Below are positions 52,461-64,000 of a DNA stretch of 64,000 nucleotides, piece by piece (the first letter of the stretch is position 1; each line of letters starts with the position of its first letter). Position numbers and translations under genes: made by a program. This DNA is from Chrysomallon squamiferum (lineage: Eukaryota; Animalia; Mollusca): NCBI GenBank assembly GCA_012295275.1, contig CM022678.1:1240001-1304000 (forward strand). Direction: 5' to 3'. Below the pieces are notes generated by a model. The model searched no databases and had not been told where the DNA came from. It worked only from the letters and a program-made list of their open reading frames with translations.

Positions 52461-54319
52461 GATTTTCTAAAAGGCAGCGTAGGCACAGAAAAACTCAACG
52501 GAATCAAAATATTCGAAATCGTGAGCATTTATCAATATCCCGTCTGTGTTTATATGCAGAAATCCCAAGGAAAGAATATAACACGATCCAATGAAAAGCG
52601 AACAAACGGTGCCTCCCCTCATGCAAAACACGATTTCTGTGGAACAGCTAATTGGTAAGAAACCGCAGCCGCTAATCGCGAGTATCTGCACATACCTATA
52701 TATAGCATTTAATCGGAAGAAAAAAATTGCTTTTCAGGGGGTTTAAAATTGCTGCTACTTCCTTAATTTTTTACATATTCACTTGATCTTGGTATCATTT
52801 TAAAGTGGTTTACAAGCTCTACCCAACTGTCTTATTTATTTGAAAAATTTGTCCACTTACCTACGTAACCTAGATGATGATCCAACGATTTTCATTATTT
52901 CAAAGAGCTGTGGTTTTAATTATCACTGCATCACCCATCATAGCAGCTCTGTCGAATTCAGTCAGTTTAATGTAACTTCACTACCAGTTATTCCTCTCGT
53001 ATCATTTGACATAATCGTTCCATAACGATTTGTACTTCAGAAAAAGTTTTACCACATGGAACCAGCCATTACAAAGTGTTCATTAAACTTCCTCTTAAAA
53101 AGAGAGCTCCTTTTCTAAGAGAATATCCGTTTTCTTTAGTATAATTCCACTATCAAAATCAAAGCACCTTTAATATAAGATTAAATGAAATTCAGTTCTA
53201 ACACCATTTCTTCGTGAAAATGGCAAAATGAGAAAAATAAATAAATAAATAAACAAATAATAATAATAATAATAATAATGACATAACAATATTAATCAAA
53301 TAGAAAAGTAAACGAAAATGTCACTACTACTACTACTACTACTACTACTAATAAAATGAAACAAAATATGTACAGTGTTTAATAATATACACTCACCTAA
53401 AGTTTAAAGATGGATTAAACTGAATTATAAGTAAGTAATTATTGTATTTGTTTAAATTGCTAACATATACATACATATAGAAATACACACACACACAAAC
53501 AAAGACACATACACATATGCATACTTCACTATAATAAAACAATAAGAAGATGACTGTTAGTTAAAATTCTAAAATATACTTAAATGTTATGTTTGATTTT
53601 CAAATCTAGACTGAGGTTGTGTCTAGATTTTATTCAAAATTACTTTTCACTCTGGTTGCAGTTTGTAAATTATATTTGTTTTCAATATTTACATCAAATA
53701 CCTAACATTGACTTCAACAATAAACTTGTATTTCTCTATCTCTGATACAAGATACTCTTAATATTAAATAAAATGTTTTTATCAGACACACACACACACT
53801 CACACACACAGTAACACACATTTGTTTATTTATTTATTTATTTATTGTTTCAAACAAAATTCTAAAATATATTTTAGTATTATAACTGTAGAATGTACAG
53901 AAACAAGAAAAGTTTTCAAAAGCAAGACCTAGGTTGGGTCCAGGTTTTATTCATCACTCTGCTTGTAGTTTGTAAAATGTTTCTGTAACTGTTTTCAATA
54001 TTTACATGAAATACCTTGCATTGACCTGAAAAAAACAACCTGTATTTTTCTGTCTATGATACCAGAAACAGCTAATATTAAATAAAATAATTTTTTCCCT
54101 TTAGACATACAATGCTTTTATTATTATCTATATATATAATCTTTTATTTTAACTTTTTAACTTTTTTATAATTTTTTTTTATTATTATTTTTATTTCAAA
54201 CATAATACCTGTTTATTAACTGAAATCCTCTGTAGCAACAGTAAAGTTACTTCCCTTCATGAATGAAAACATGGTCACTTTCTTTACACATACACACAAC
54301 ATTAGCACATACAGACACA

Positions 54320-54391
<72 letters not shown>

Positions 54392-54574
54392 CCAATACAT
54401 AGATACATGCATACATATATACATACATATATACATACATGCTTGCATACTTATGTACATATATACTTAATATTTAGTTCATTTTATATTAGACTACAAA
54501 CACACACACACACACACACACACATGCATACACACTGAAGTGTGAGGGGGAAACAGCCATACAGAAAAAAAAAA

Positions 54575-54627
<53 letters not shown>

Positions 54628-54639
54628 TAATAATAATAG

Positions 54640-55125
54640 CAATAACAACAACAATTTCTTTCTTTGCACAATAGCTGTCAAGACCCACTCAATTTATTTT
54701 CACTGTATTACTACCTGATTTTATAAAATAATAAAAAACAAAACAAAATTAAAATTAAAAAAAACCAATTATAGCTTGGTTTCTTTTTAACACACTATAC
54801 AGCACATAAGCCACACCCTCTCAACCACTGAAAAAACATGACAGGAATCATTCCATAACACAATTATTTATATTTCCTTCCTCCTATCAATAATTTCAAT
54901 TAATAAAGAGAAATTTTGTTAAATTCTTCATCAAGGTTAATGAAGATATTCTTAGTGGTTGCTTTGTTTATATCTGTGATAGTTTTAATGTATTTTGTTG
55001 AGTAAAAGTTAGTGAGCATTTTATCATACATCTTACTTAGCAAGTATTTAATGTACTTTTTTGTGTGTTTGTGTTGATAATTAAAGTGTGTTATTCTAGA
55101 TGTAGAAAATACCAGATGTGGAGTA
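54640..55125 (+). repeat. Paralog of 11910-12740 lacking the LINE insertion
   Basis: Shared attaataaa..gaaattttg..aa.ttcttcatcaagg.taatgaa, acttagc.agt.tttaa and taattaaagtgtgtta. Confidence 0.8.
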
Positions 55126-55129
55126 CATA

Positions 55130-55180
<51 letters not shown>

Positions 55181-55953
55181 GTCAACGAGCATTTTAATGG
55201 ATTATTGTATAGGTGTGTGTTAAAGTGTATTTTAATTTATGTCACTGTGTGTAGATATGTAATATTTCATATGATTATTTAATCTTAATGCACAGTGCAA
55301 CCAAAATAAAAACAGACTAAACATATCATACTGTTGTTGTCTTTTTCCTTCTTTTTTTGACACTTGAAAGAGATTCAAGTTTTTACACAAACATAAAAGG
55401 TTATATTTTCTTGTGAAAGATTCCAGAGAGTGTGCTGTTTTTTTCTACAGACAAAACAATTAAGATTGATTTTATGCAGATTACAGATGTTACAGTGAAC
55501 TCTGCTTATAACAACCTACTGCATAATGTGCTGTCAACAGCCAACATTTCGGGAAACATTTTCTTATTTGAATTTTGTTATGGGGTTTTTCACAAGGAAT
55601 GTGGAAGCAGATATAAAAACATGAGAAAGACCTGATTGCTGAGGTGCTGTACTGTGAGTGACATCATTCTGAAATACCTGGCTACAAGTAACAGAAAACT
55701 CACAGAAACTTTACGTTCAACTCAGTCAATATATATTTAATAAAATATTCTTATTATATATATATGTAATAAGAACATTTTATTTAATATATATTGATTG
55801 AGTATATATATGTAATAAAACCATTTTATATATATATATATATTATTTATTTCTTTACCAACACATTAAGTATACTTGGATTGATGAATATGTTGTTTTC
55901 TATGCTGCTGTTTGGAATCATCATTCCCACTTTAGTCCCAGAGCAACCAGCTT

Positions 55954-56370
55954 GAAACATACCAAACATTACATTTATCATACTCTACCCAACCTAGAGA
56001 ATATACACTGAAACATACCAAACATTACATTTATCATACTCTACCCCAACCTAGAGAATATTCACTGAAACATACCAAGCATTACATTTATCATACTCTA
56101 CCCCAACCTAGAGAATATACACTGAAACATACCAAACATTACATTTATCATACCCCAACCTAGAGAATATACACTGAAACATACCAAACATTACATTTAT
56201 CATACTCTACCCCAACCTAGAGAATATACACTGAAATATACCAAACATTACATTTATCATACTCTACCCCAACCTAGAGAATATACATTCCTGAAATATA
56301 CCAAACATTACATTTATCATACTCTACCCCAACCTAGAGAATGTGCATAAAAAAATGTCAAACATTACAT
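55954..56370. repeat. 56-57-bp minisatellite, about 7 copies
   Basis: Unit gaaacataccaaacattacatttatcatactctaccccaacctagagaatatacact. Confidence 0.95.
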
Positions 56371-56657
56371 GACTAATTTACATTTTATGAGAAAATTAAC
56401 ATAATAAACTGGGTCTGTGTTTTGTTAGGACATTCCACAATTTACTTGCATGGAAGATTCCATTAGCAGAGTTAGCAGACACGCTGGTATGTAATTCAGT
56501 GTCACTGGTGAAAGTCAGGCTGAACTCGTACACTGAATTATTCCACTGCAGTGTGGTTTTGTTTTTTAAATGTACTTCATCTGATAAAGAAAACAAAAGT
56601 AATTACCATTTGTAAAGCATATTTATTATAATTGTTAATGGTATTACAATACACTGT

Positions 56658-56705
<48 letters not shown>

Positions 56706-56761
56706 TAAATTAATTACAATACACTCCATATTATTAATACTACTAATAATAATACTAATAC

Positions 56762-56795
<34 letters not shown>

Positions 56796-56821
56796 TACCA
56801 TTAGAATATATATATATATAT

Positions 56822-56866
<45 letters not shown>

Positions 56867-57174
56867 CAATAAAAATCTTAAAGAAATTAGTGATACAGTA
56901 AATTCTAAACTAATTGAATTAAACAAAATTCAAATTTAGTATTTACTTATTTAACAAGATTATATTGGTCACACACACACACATATTAATAATGTTTATT
57001 ATATCTTTCATTTAGTTTTATGAAATTTAATTATTATTTTAAAACATTAGCAATTTAATGGACTTTCACAGTCAAGTGGTTCTCTTATCAGTATCATCCC
57101 ATTTTGTACACATCCATTTGTCATACGCCTTACAAAAACACAGTTCATGACTGAATTGGTAATCAGATGCTCTC

Positions 57175-57390
57175 TACCTAGTATACAATAATAGACTCAT
57201 CTTCCGGTTGTTAAGCAATTAGCTTAGTTACCTAGCGTACAATAATAGACTCATCTTCCAGTTGTTACACAATTAGCTTAGCTACCTAGCATACAATAAT
57301 AGACTCATCTTCCAGTTGTTACACAATTAGCTTAGCTACCTAGCATACAATAATAGACTCATCTTCCAGTTGTTACACAATTAGCTTGGG
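57175..57390. repeat. About 54-bp tandem repeat, 4 copies
   Basis: Unit cctagcatacaataatagactcatcttccagttgttacacaattagcttagcta; single copy in the inverted paralog at about 24160-24205. Confidence 0.92.
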
Positions 57391-57705
57391 GAATAATTAA
57401 GCAATTAATCTCTATTACAATATACCAGAAGTCAAAAAAAATAATAATAAAATAAAAAATAAAAAAGTTAATATAAAGAAGTTTAAAGCAGTTTAAAGCA
57501 GTTTGATTATCGATGACACTAGAATGTTAATTAATTTCACGCTAATCCCAACAAAAACAACAGCTTAAGACAACCCAACTATCAGGTGACTTTCACAACC
57601 AACCAGACCAAGTATTTTGTTAAACTGATTTGCTGTTTCTGAAAGTGCAAACAAAAATATCTTGTGACAGTCATAGAGAAAACCCTGTTGTGGCGTTTTA
57701 TCATA

Positions 57706-58320
57706 AGACAAGCTCACAGAAAGCCAGTTAGCAACACTGTAAAGTCAAAGTGCATTTATGCGACAAGCTCACAGAAAGCCAGTTAGCAACACTGTAAAGT
57801 CAAAGTGCATTTATGCGACAAGCTCACAGAAAGCCAGTTAGCAACACTGTAAAGTCAAAGTGCATTTATGCGACAAGCTCACTGAAAGCCAGTTAGCAAC
57901 ACTGTAAAGTCAAAGTGCATTTATGCGACAAGCTCACTGAAAGCCAGTTAGCAACACTGAAAGCCAGTTAGCAACACTGAAAGCCAGTTAGCAACACTGA
58001 AAGCCAGTTAGCAACACTGTAAAGTCAAAGTGCATTTATGCGACAAGCTCACTGAAAGCCAGTTAGCAACACTGTAAAGTCAAAGTGCATTTATGCAAAG
58101 CTCACTGAAAGCCAGTTAGCAACACTGAAAGCCAGTTAGCAACACTGAAAGCCAGTTAGCAACACTGAAAGCCAGTTAGCAACACTGTAAAGTCAAAGTG
58201 CATTTATGCGACAAGCTCACTGAAAGCCAGTTAGCAACACTGTAAAGTCAAAGTGCATTTATGCGACAAGCTCACTGAAAGCCAGTTAGCAACACTGAAA
58301 AGTCAAAGTGTATTTATGCA
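57706..58320. repeat. Composite minisatellite: 55-bp unit with an internally amplified 20-bp subunit
   Basis: gacaagctcac(a/t)gaaagccagttagcaacactgtaaagtcaaagtgcatttatgc with runs of (actgaaagccagttagcaac)n. Confidence 0.93.
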
Positions 58321-58480
58321 AAGAATATAAAATATAGAAAAACATGTATATTAATTAATATTAGAACATACGTAACAAGTACATAAATATATATACTACA
58401 TTCAACGGTACATAAAGTACATGTGCCAGTCTCAACTATGTAAAAATTGGGATTTTTTGCTTTCTTTCTTTCTTTCTTTC

Positions 58481-58530
<50 letters not shown>

Positions 58531-59305
58531 TTTTTATGTGTGATCTTTTCTTTATTGCATTTAGTGATTTCTTTCTATTTCTTATTCATTGTGATCAGAA
58601 GAAAATGGAAAAACACTTGATCACTGGTGACTATTACATTAATATTATAGGTGTTGGCTAAGTAAATCAGTCAACTGACTGTAACAACTGGATGTGTAAC
58701 AACTGGATGTGTAACAGCTGGACGTGTAACAAATGGGAGACAAACAGCATTTCTCCTTTTTAATCCATTAATTAAAGATACAGTTAATTATAAAACAGTA
58801 AGTTGAAGTTAGATCTAAAGTTAGTTGATACACAAAATAAAGGTAGTAAAAACATTCTGTCAAGCAAATTAATAAGAAAACAAAATCAGTGTAACTAAAA
58901 ATATAAACATGTATTTGCTATGTATATTCATTTAGTATATTCTAATCATTAAACAGATAAAAGTTAAAAAAAAAAAAATAAATGCATATGTTCCCAGTTA
59001 ATCATAATAATAATATTTCTAAATATTTTTAAAAAAAACAATTCTTTTCTTACTCTGTCTGATGATAAAATAAATATATGAAAAATATTAACTGTATATA
59101 AGAGCCAGTTATAACAAAAAAATATATTTCTGAAAATATTTATATCAGTGTTTTTAAAAATAATCATAAACTGCAACAGTGACATAACCAGCATAGTTTA
59201 GAACATTAAACAATACTTTTTGTTTATTTGTTTGTTTATATTTTCTGTCTTGTGTAATTGAAAAACAAACAGTATATAAAAAGCTTTTTCCATTCATCAG
59301 TACTC

Positions 59306-59356
<51 letters not shown>

Positions 59357-59489
59357 TAAAATAATAATGGTAATAAAAACAATAAAAATAAATCATTGAT
59401 AATATATATCTATCGTTTTTAAATCGAAAATTACCTAACAAAAATAAAAAGAAAAAAATTAACAAAAAACATAAAAACTGAATACTGAA

Positions 59490-59791
59490 ATAATATTAAT
59501 CATACAATGATTTCTGCAAGGAAACAATCAAGTCAGACAGAAAATATAAATTATTTATACAACACAATTATTCAGTGTAATGTAAAGATCAGTACATTAG
59601 TCAAAATAAGTTTTAATAATAATACTAATAATAAGGAAACAATAGTTATAAAAAAATAGAATAATTTTCTCCTCTGTACAACATCTATATTATTTAATAT
59701 TAATTTAAAAAATATATATATATATATATATATTAATGACAAAATAATTTCTACAAGGAAAGAAACATCAAGATAAGCCCAAAATTCAATA

Positions 59792-59827
<36 letters not shown>

Positions 59828-59842
59828 TAATAAGAATAATAA

Positions 59843-59881
<39 letters not shown>

Positions 59882-60087
59882 AATAAAAGATATATATATA
59901 TATATACTATGTACAAAAAATCAGTGTGTAAAGTCCAATACATTCCTCAAAAAATAACAATGATAATGAAAAATAAAAATGTAATTTACATTATTAACTC
60001 AAAATATTCCTGGAATCAACTTTTATTTATTTTATTAATTATTTAATGCTTCCTAATGAAAATTTAGTGTTATAATCTTTAGTTTCC

Positions 60088-60119
<32 letters not shown>

Positions 60120-61069
60120 ATGAAATACATACATTGTATTTGAATGGATAGAATAAACTATGCAGTAATTGTATAGAACAAAACCTACATCATACATTAA
60201 TACACTATTTGACCTAGATTACACAATATGCTAATACAGTATTTGTATGGAAACAAAAACAACATTACACATTAATGCTATATTTGAACATATATATACA
60301 TATAACTGACTATACAATATCTGTATAGAAAAAACAAAACAAAAACAACACAGTACATTAATTCAATATTTCAATATACACAACAGAATGTAGAACATGG
60401 TAATGCAATATTAGTATAGGAACAAAAACTACACCATACATTGATACACTATTTGAACAGAAATAGCAGAGTATGCAGGACAGTAATAAAATATCTGAGT
60501 AGAAACAAAACATCATATCTGGATATACACCAGACTGCACAGCATAGTTAAACAAACACATGCTGGAATTTAATTCTTCCTCACAATGCATTTGTTCACA
60601 CATTTTATTTTGAAAATGGGTTCTGGCTGATATATGAATGATTACACTTTTGAATTGAAAGGTTAAAACTATACATATTACTTAACATAAAAATACAATG
60701 CCAGTAAAAATAAAGCTACATCAGGAAGTGTTTCAGGATGAAGTAGAAAATTAATTGAATACCAAAATAATATTAAGCATACAATAATTTCTGCAAGGAA
60801 GCAATCAAGTCAGACAGAAAATATATGTTATTTATACAACATTATTATTCAGTGTAATGTAAAGATCACTACATTAGTCAAAATAATATTTAATAATAAT
60901 ACAAATAATAAGGAAACAATAGTTATAAAAAAAAACAGAATAATTTTCTCCTCTGTACAACATCTATATTATTTAATATTAATTTTAAAAAAAGTATATA
61001 TATATATATATTAATGACAAAATAATTTCTACAAGGAAAGAAACATCTAGATAAGCCCAAAAATCAATA

Positions 61070-61114
<45 letters not shown>

Positions 61115-62045
61115 AAAATAAAAAATAAATAAATAAATAAAATAAAAGATATATATATATACATATATACTACAAAAAATCAGTGTGTAAAGTCCAATAC
61201 ATTCCTCAAAAAAATAACAATGATAATGAAAAATAAAAATGTAATTTACATTATTAACTCAAAATATTCCTGGAATCAACTTTTATTTATTTTATTAATT
61301 ATTTAATGCTTCCTAATGAAAATTTAGTGTTACAATCTTAAGTTTCCTAATTATACATATATATATATATATAAAATGTAATACATACATTGTATTTGAA
61401 TGGATAGAATAAACTATGCAGTAATTGTATAGAACAAAACCTACATCATACATTAATACACTATTTGACCTAGATTACACAATATGCTAATACAGTATTT
61501 GTATGGAAACAAAAACTACATCACACATTAATGCTATATTTGAACATATATATACATATAACTGACTATACAATATCTGTATAGAAAAAACAAAACAAAA
61601 ACAACACAGTACATTAATTCAATATTTCAATATACACAACAGAAGGTAGAACATGGTAATGCAATATTAGTATAGGAACAAAAACTACACCATACATTGA
61701 TACACTATTTGAACAGAAATAGCAGAGTATGCAGGACAGTAATAAAATATCTGAGTAGAAACAAAACATCATATCTGGATATACACCAGACTGCACAGCA
61801 TAGTTAAACAAACACACACTGGAATTTAATTCTTCCTCACAATGCATTTGTTCACACATTTTATTTTGAAAATGTGTTCTGGCTGATATATGAATGATTA
61901 CACTTTTGAATTGAAAGGTTAAAACTATACAAATTACTTAACATAAAAATACAATGCTACAACACTGCATTAAAAACAAGTACAAATGAAGCCAGTAAAA
62001 ATAAAACTACATCAGGATGTGTGTCAGGAGGGAGTAGAAAATTAA
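59490..62045. repeat. Tandem duplication of about 1256 bp downstream of the minus-strand ankyrin gene
   Basis: Near-identical ORFs 60358 and 61614; atttctgcaaggaa.caatcaagtcagacagaaaatata occurs at about 59510 and 60788. Confidence 0.93.
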
Positions 62046-62269
62046 TGTCAGCTTTGTACCACAGAAATTAGAAACAAAATTTAGATTTCTTCAAAACAAT
62101 TTTTCAATTTTTTCATGAATATATTATTTTCTGCACAATTATAAAATATTCTCATTAGTTATCTTCCATTTAAATAATGTATTAAACTGAAAATTTCAGG
62201 GGGTTTATATCAAAATGTATTTATGTTACAATATTTAGCACCATTCTCCTGTAAACATACAATGAAATC

Positions 62270-62489
62270 TGCAACTCAGTTTTGTCAAGAGGAGTTAGTA
62301 CTCTCAACATTTCAATATGTCAGCCGTCAGCTGCCAATTGTAAAACAAGTTTGTTATCACTGTTAATTAAATTAGGATTGGCTCCATGTTCCATTAAATA
62401 CAAAACTATTTTATTCTGTTTTCAACATTCAGAAATGAATCAATTTCATCCTCATCATAATTAACAGCTGTAAAAAGAGGCGTTTCACC
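62270..62489 (-). pseudogene. Decayed ankyrin repeats beyond the stop codon
   Basis: After ENS*, the sequence reads GETPLFTAVNYDEDEIDSFLNVE, then after a frameshift KIVLYLMEHGANPNLINSDNKLVLQLAADG*. Confidence 0.75.
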
Positions 62490-64000
62490 TCAGCTGTTTT
62501 CAATATTTATATCAAAACCTTTTTCAATCAGTGCTGTCACAATTTCTATATTTCCATCTTTAGCTGCTAGGTGTAAAACAGAATTGTTATCTGTTAAATT
62601 AGGATCAGCTCCATGTTCCAGTAAATATAAAATTATTTTGTTCTCTTCATACTTAACAGCTGTAAACAGAGGAGTTTCACCTCTACAGTTTCTAATGTTT
62701 ACATCTACCCCTTTTTCAATCAGTGCTGTCACAATTTCTATATTTCCACGTTTAGCTGCTAGGTGTAAAACAGAATTGTTATCATTGTCTGTTAAATTAG
62801 GATCAGCTCCATGTTCCAGTAAAAACAACGCTACTTGGGTCTTACGAGAGGCCACAGATGGATCTTTAGAGTAATAAAAAGCTGCAAACAGAGGAGTTTT
62901 ACCTGTACAGTTTCTAATATTTACATCTACCCCTTTTTCAATCAGTGCTGTCGTAATTTCTATATTTTTGTATAGAGCTGCTAGGTGTAAAACAGAATTG
63001 TTATCATTGTTTGTTAAATTTGGATCAGCTCCATGTTCCAGTAAATACAAAATTAGTTTGTTCTGATCATTCTTAACAGCTGTAAACAAAGGAGTTTCAC
63101 CTTTACAGTTTCTAATATTTACATCTAACCCTTTTTCAGTCAGTGCAGTCATAATTTCTGTATTTTCAACTTTAGCTGCTATGTGTAAGACAGAATTGTT
63201 ATCATTGTCTGTTAAATTAGGATCAGCTCCATGTTCCAGTAAATACAACGCTACTTTGGTCTTACGATAGGCAAAGGATGGGTCTACCATAAATAAAATT
63301 TCATTGTAATTAAAAGCTCTAGAAAGAGGAGTTTCACCTCTACAGTTTCTAATATTTACATCTAGCCCATTTTCAAGCAGTGCAGTCACAATTTCTGTAT
63401 TTCCAGGAAAAGCTGCTTCGTGTAAAACAGAATTGCTATTATTGTCTGTTAAATTTGGATCAGCTCCATTTTCAAGTAAATACAAAACTACTTTGTTCTT
63501 TTCATTCTTAACAGCTGTAAACAAAGGAGTTTCACCTCTACAGTTTCTAATATTTACATCTACACCTTTTTCAATCAATGCAGTCATAATTTCTGTATTT
63601 TCAAGTTTAGCTGCTAGGAATAAAACAGAATTGTCATCATTGTCTTTTAAATAAGGATCAGCTCCATGTTCCAGTAAATACAACGCTACTTTGGACTTAC
63701 AAGAGGCAAAAGTTAGATCTACATACAAAAGATATTTAGAGTAATCAAGAGCTGCAAACAGAGGAGTTTCACCTCTACAGTTTCTAATATTTACATCTGC
63801 ACCTTTTTCAATCAGTGCAGTCATAATTTCTGTATTTCCAAATTTAGCTGCTAGGTGTAAAATAGAATTGTTATCATTGTCTTTTAAATAAGGATTAGCT
63901 CCATGTTCCAGTAAATACAACGCTACTTTGGTCTTACTAGAGGCCACAATTTGATGTACACGTAAAAGACCTTCTGGGTAATAAAGAGCTGCAAACAGAG
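62490..64000 (-). CDS. 3' part of a paralogous ankyrin repeat gene (probably another STAND-ankyrin), convergent with the plus-strand gene and continuing beyond the window
   Basis: Open frame of more than 485 codons with the same repeat type (GADPNLTDNDNNSVLHLAA...GVDVNIRNCRGETPLF), including long repeats with a DPS insertion. Confidence 0.88.
   Translation of the reverse strand, partial: LFAALYYPEGLLRVHQIVASSKTKVALYLLEHGANPYLKDNDNNSILHLAAKFGNTEIMTALIEKGADVNIRNCRGETPLFAALDYSKYLLYVDLTFASCKSKVALYLLEHGADPYLKDNDDNSVLFLAAKLENTEIMTALIEKGVDVNIRNCRGETPLFTAVKNEKNKVVLYLLENGADPNLTDNNSNSVLHEAAFPGNTEIVTALLENGLDVNIRNCRGETPLSRAFNYNEILFMVDPSFAYRKTKVALYLLEHGADPNLTDNDNNSVLHIAAKVENTEIMTALTEKGLDVNIRNCKGETPLFTAVKNDQNKLILYLLEHGADPNLTNNDNNSVLHLAALYKNIEITTALIEKGVDVNIRNCTGKTPLFAAFYYSKDPSVASRKTQVALFLLEHGADPNLTDNDNNSVLHLAAKRGNIEIVTALIEKGVDVNIRNCRGETPLFTAVKYEENKIILYLLEHGADPNLTDNNSVLHLAAKDGNIEIVTALIEKGFDINIENS

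Noticed and set aside
55954-58320. Regular repeats resembling CRISPR arrays
   Set aside because: Head-to-tail minisatellites with no unique spacers, no cas genes, and a eukaryotic context.
60358-61859. Duplicated 81-aa ORFs on the minus strand
   Set aside because: Similarity is explained by a recent 1.26-kb tandem duplication of 3' flank; no domain or splice support.

Overview
AT-rich, microsatellite-dense eukaryotic (animal) genomic DNA with spliceosomal introns. The gene families suggest a marine invertebrate, probably a mollusc (inference). Most short ORFs in the track are microsatellite or antisense artefacts. The supported content is: (1) a three-coding-exon FAM167-family gene at 5.7-7.8 kb (+); (2) a large NLR-like gene (+), whose giant exon at 44989-51485 encodes an nSTAND3-type P-loop NTPase plus a long ankyrin array that runs into a 200-N gap; (3) a convergent ankyrin paralog (-) at the right edge, truncated by an apparent CGA>TGA stop; (4) two LINE 3' fragments, several minisatellites, and a mosaic of direct and inverted segmental duplications. 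The main finding is that the apparent tandem repeats at 37.7-42.7 kb (13 units) and 19.9-22.7 kb (5 units) are arrays of 63-nt, phase 1-1 microexons. Each encodes a 21-aa RHIM/HET-s-like amyloid motif (e.g. ANISHSGSAQIGNNYV) or a degenerate variant of it. They can be spliced in frame from an ATG exon at 35112 onto the NTPase-ankyrin exon. This suggests an animal STAND receptor with a modular, exon-encoded amyloid signalling N-terminus and a recombining, hypervariable ankyrin sensor, analogous to fungal NWD2/HET-s NLR systems. Splicing and function are predicted from sequence only.
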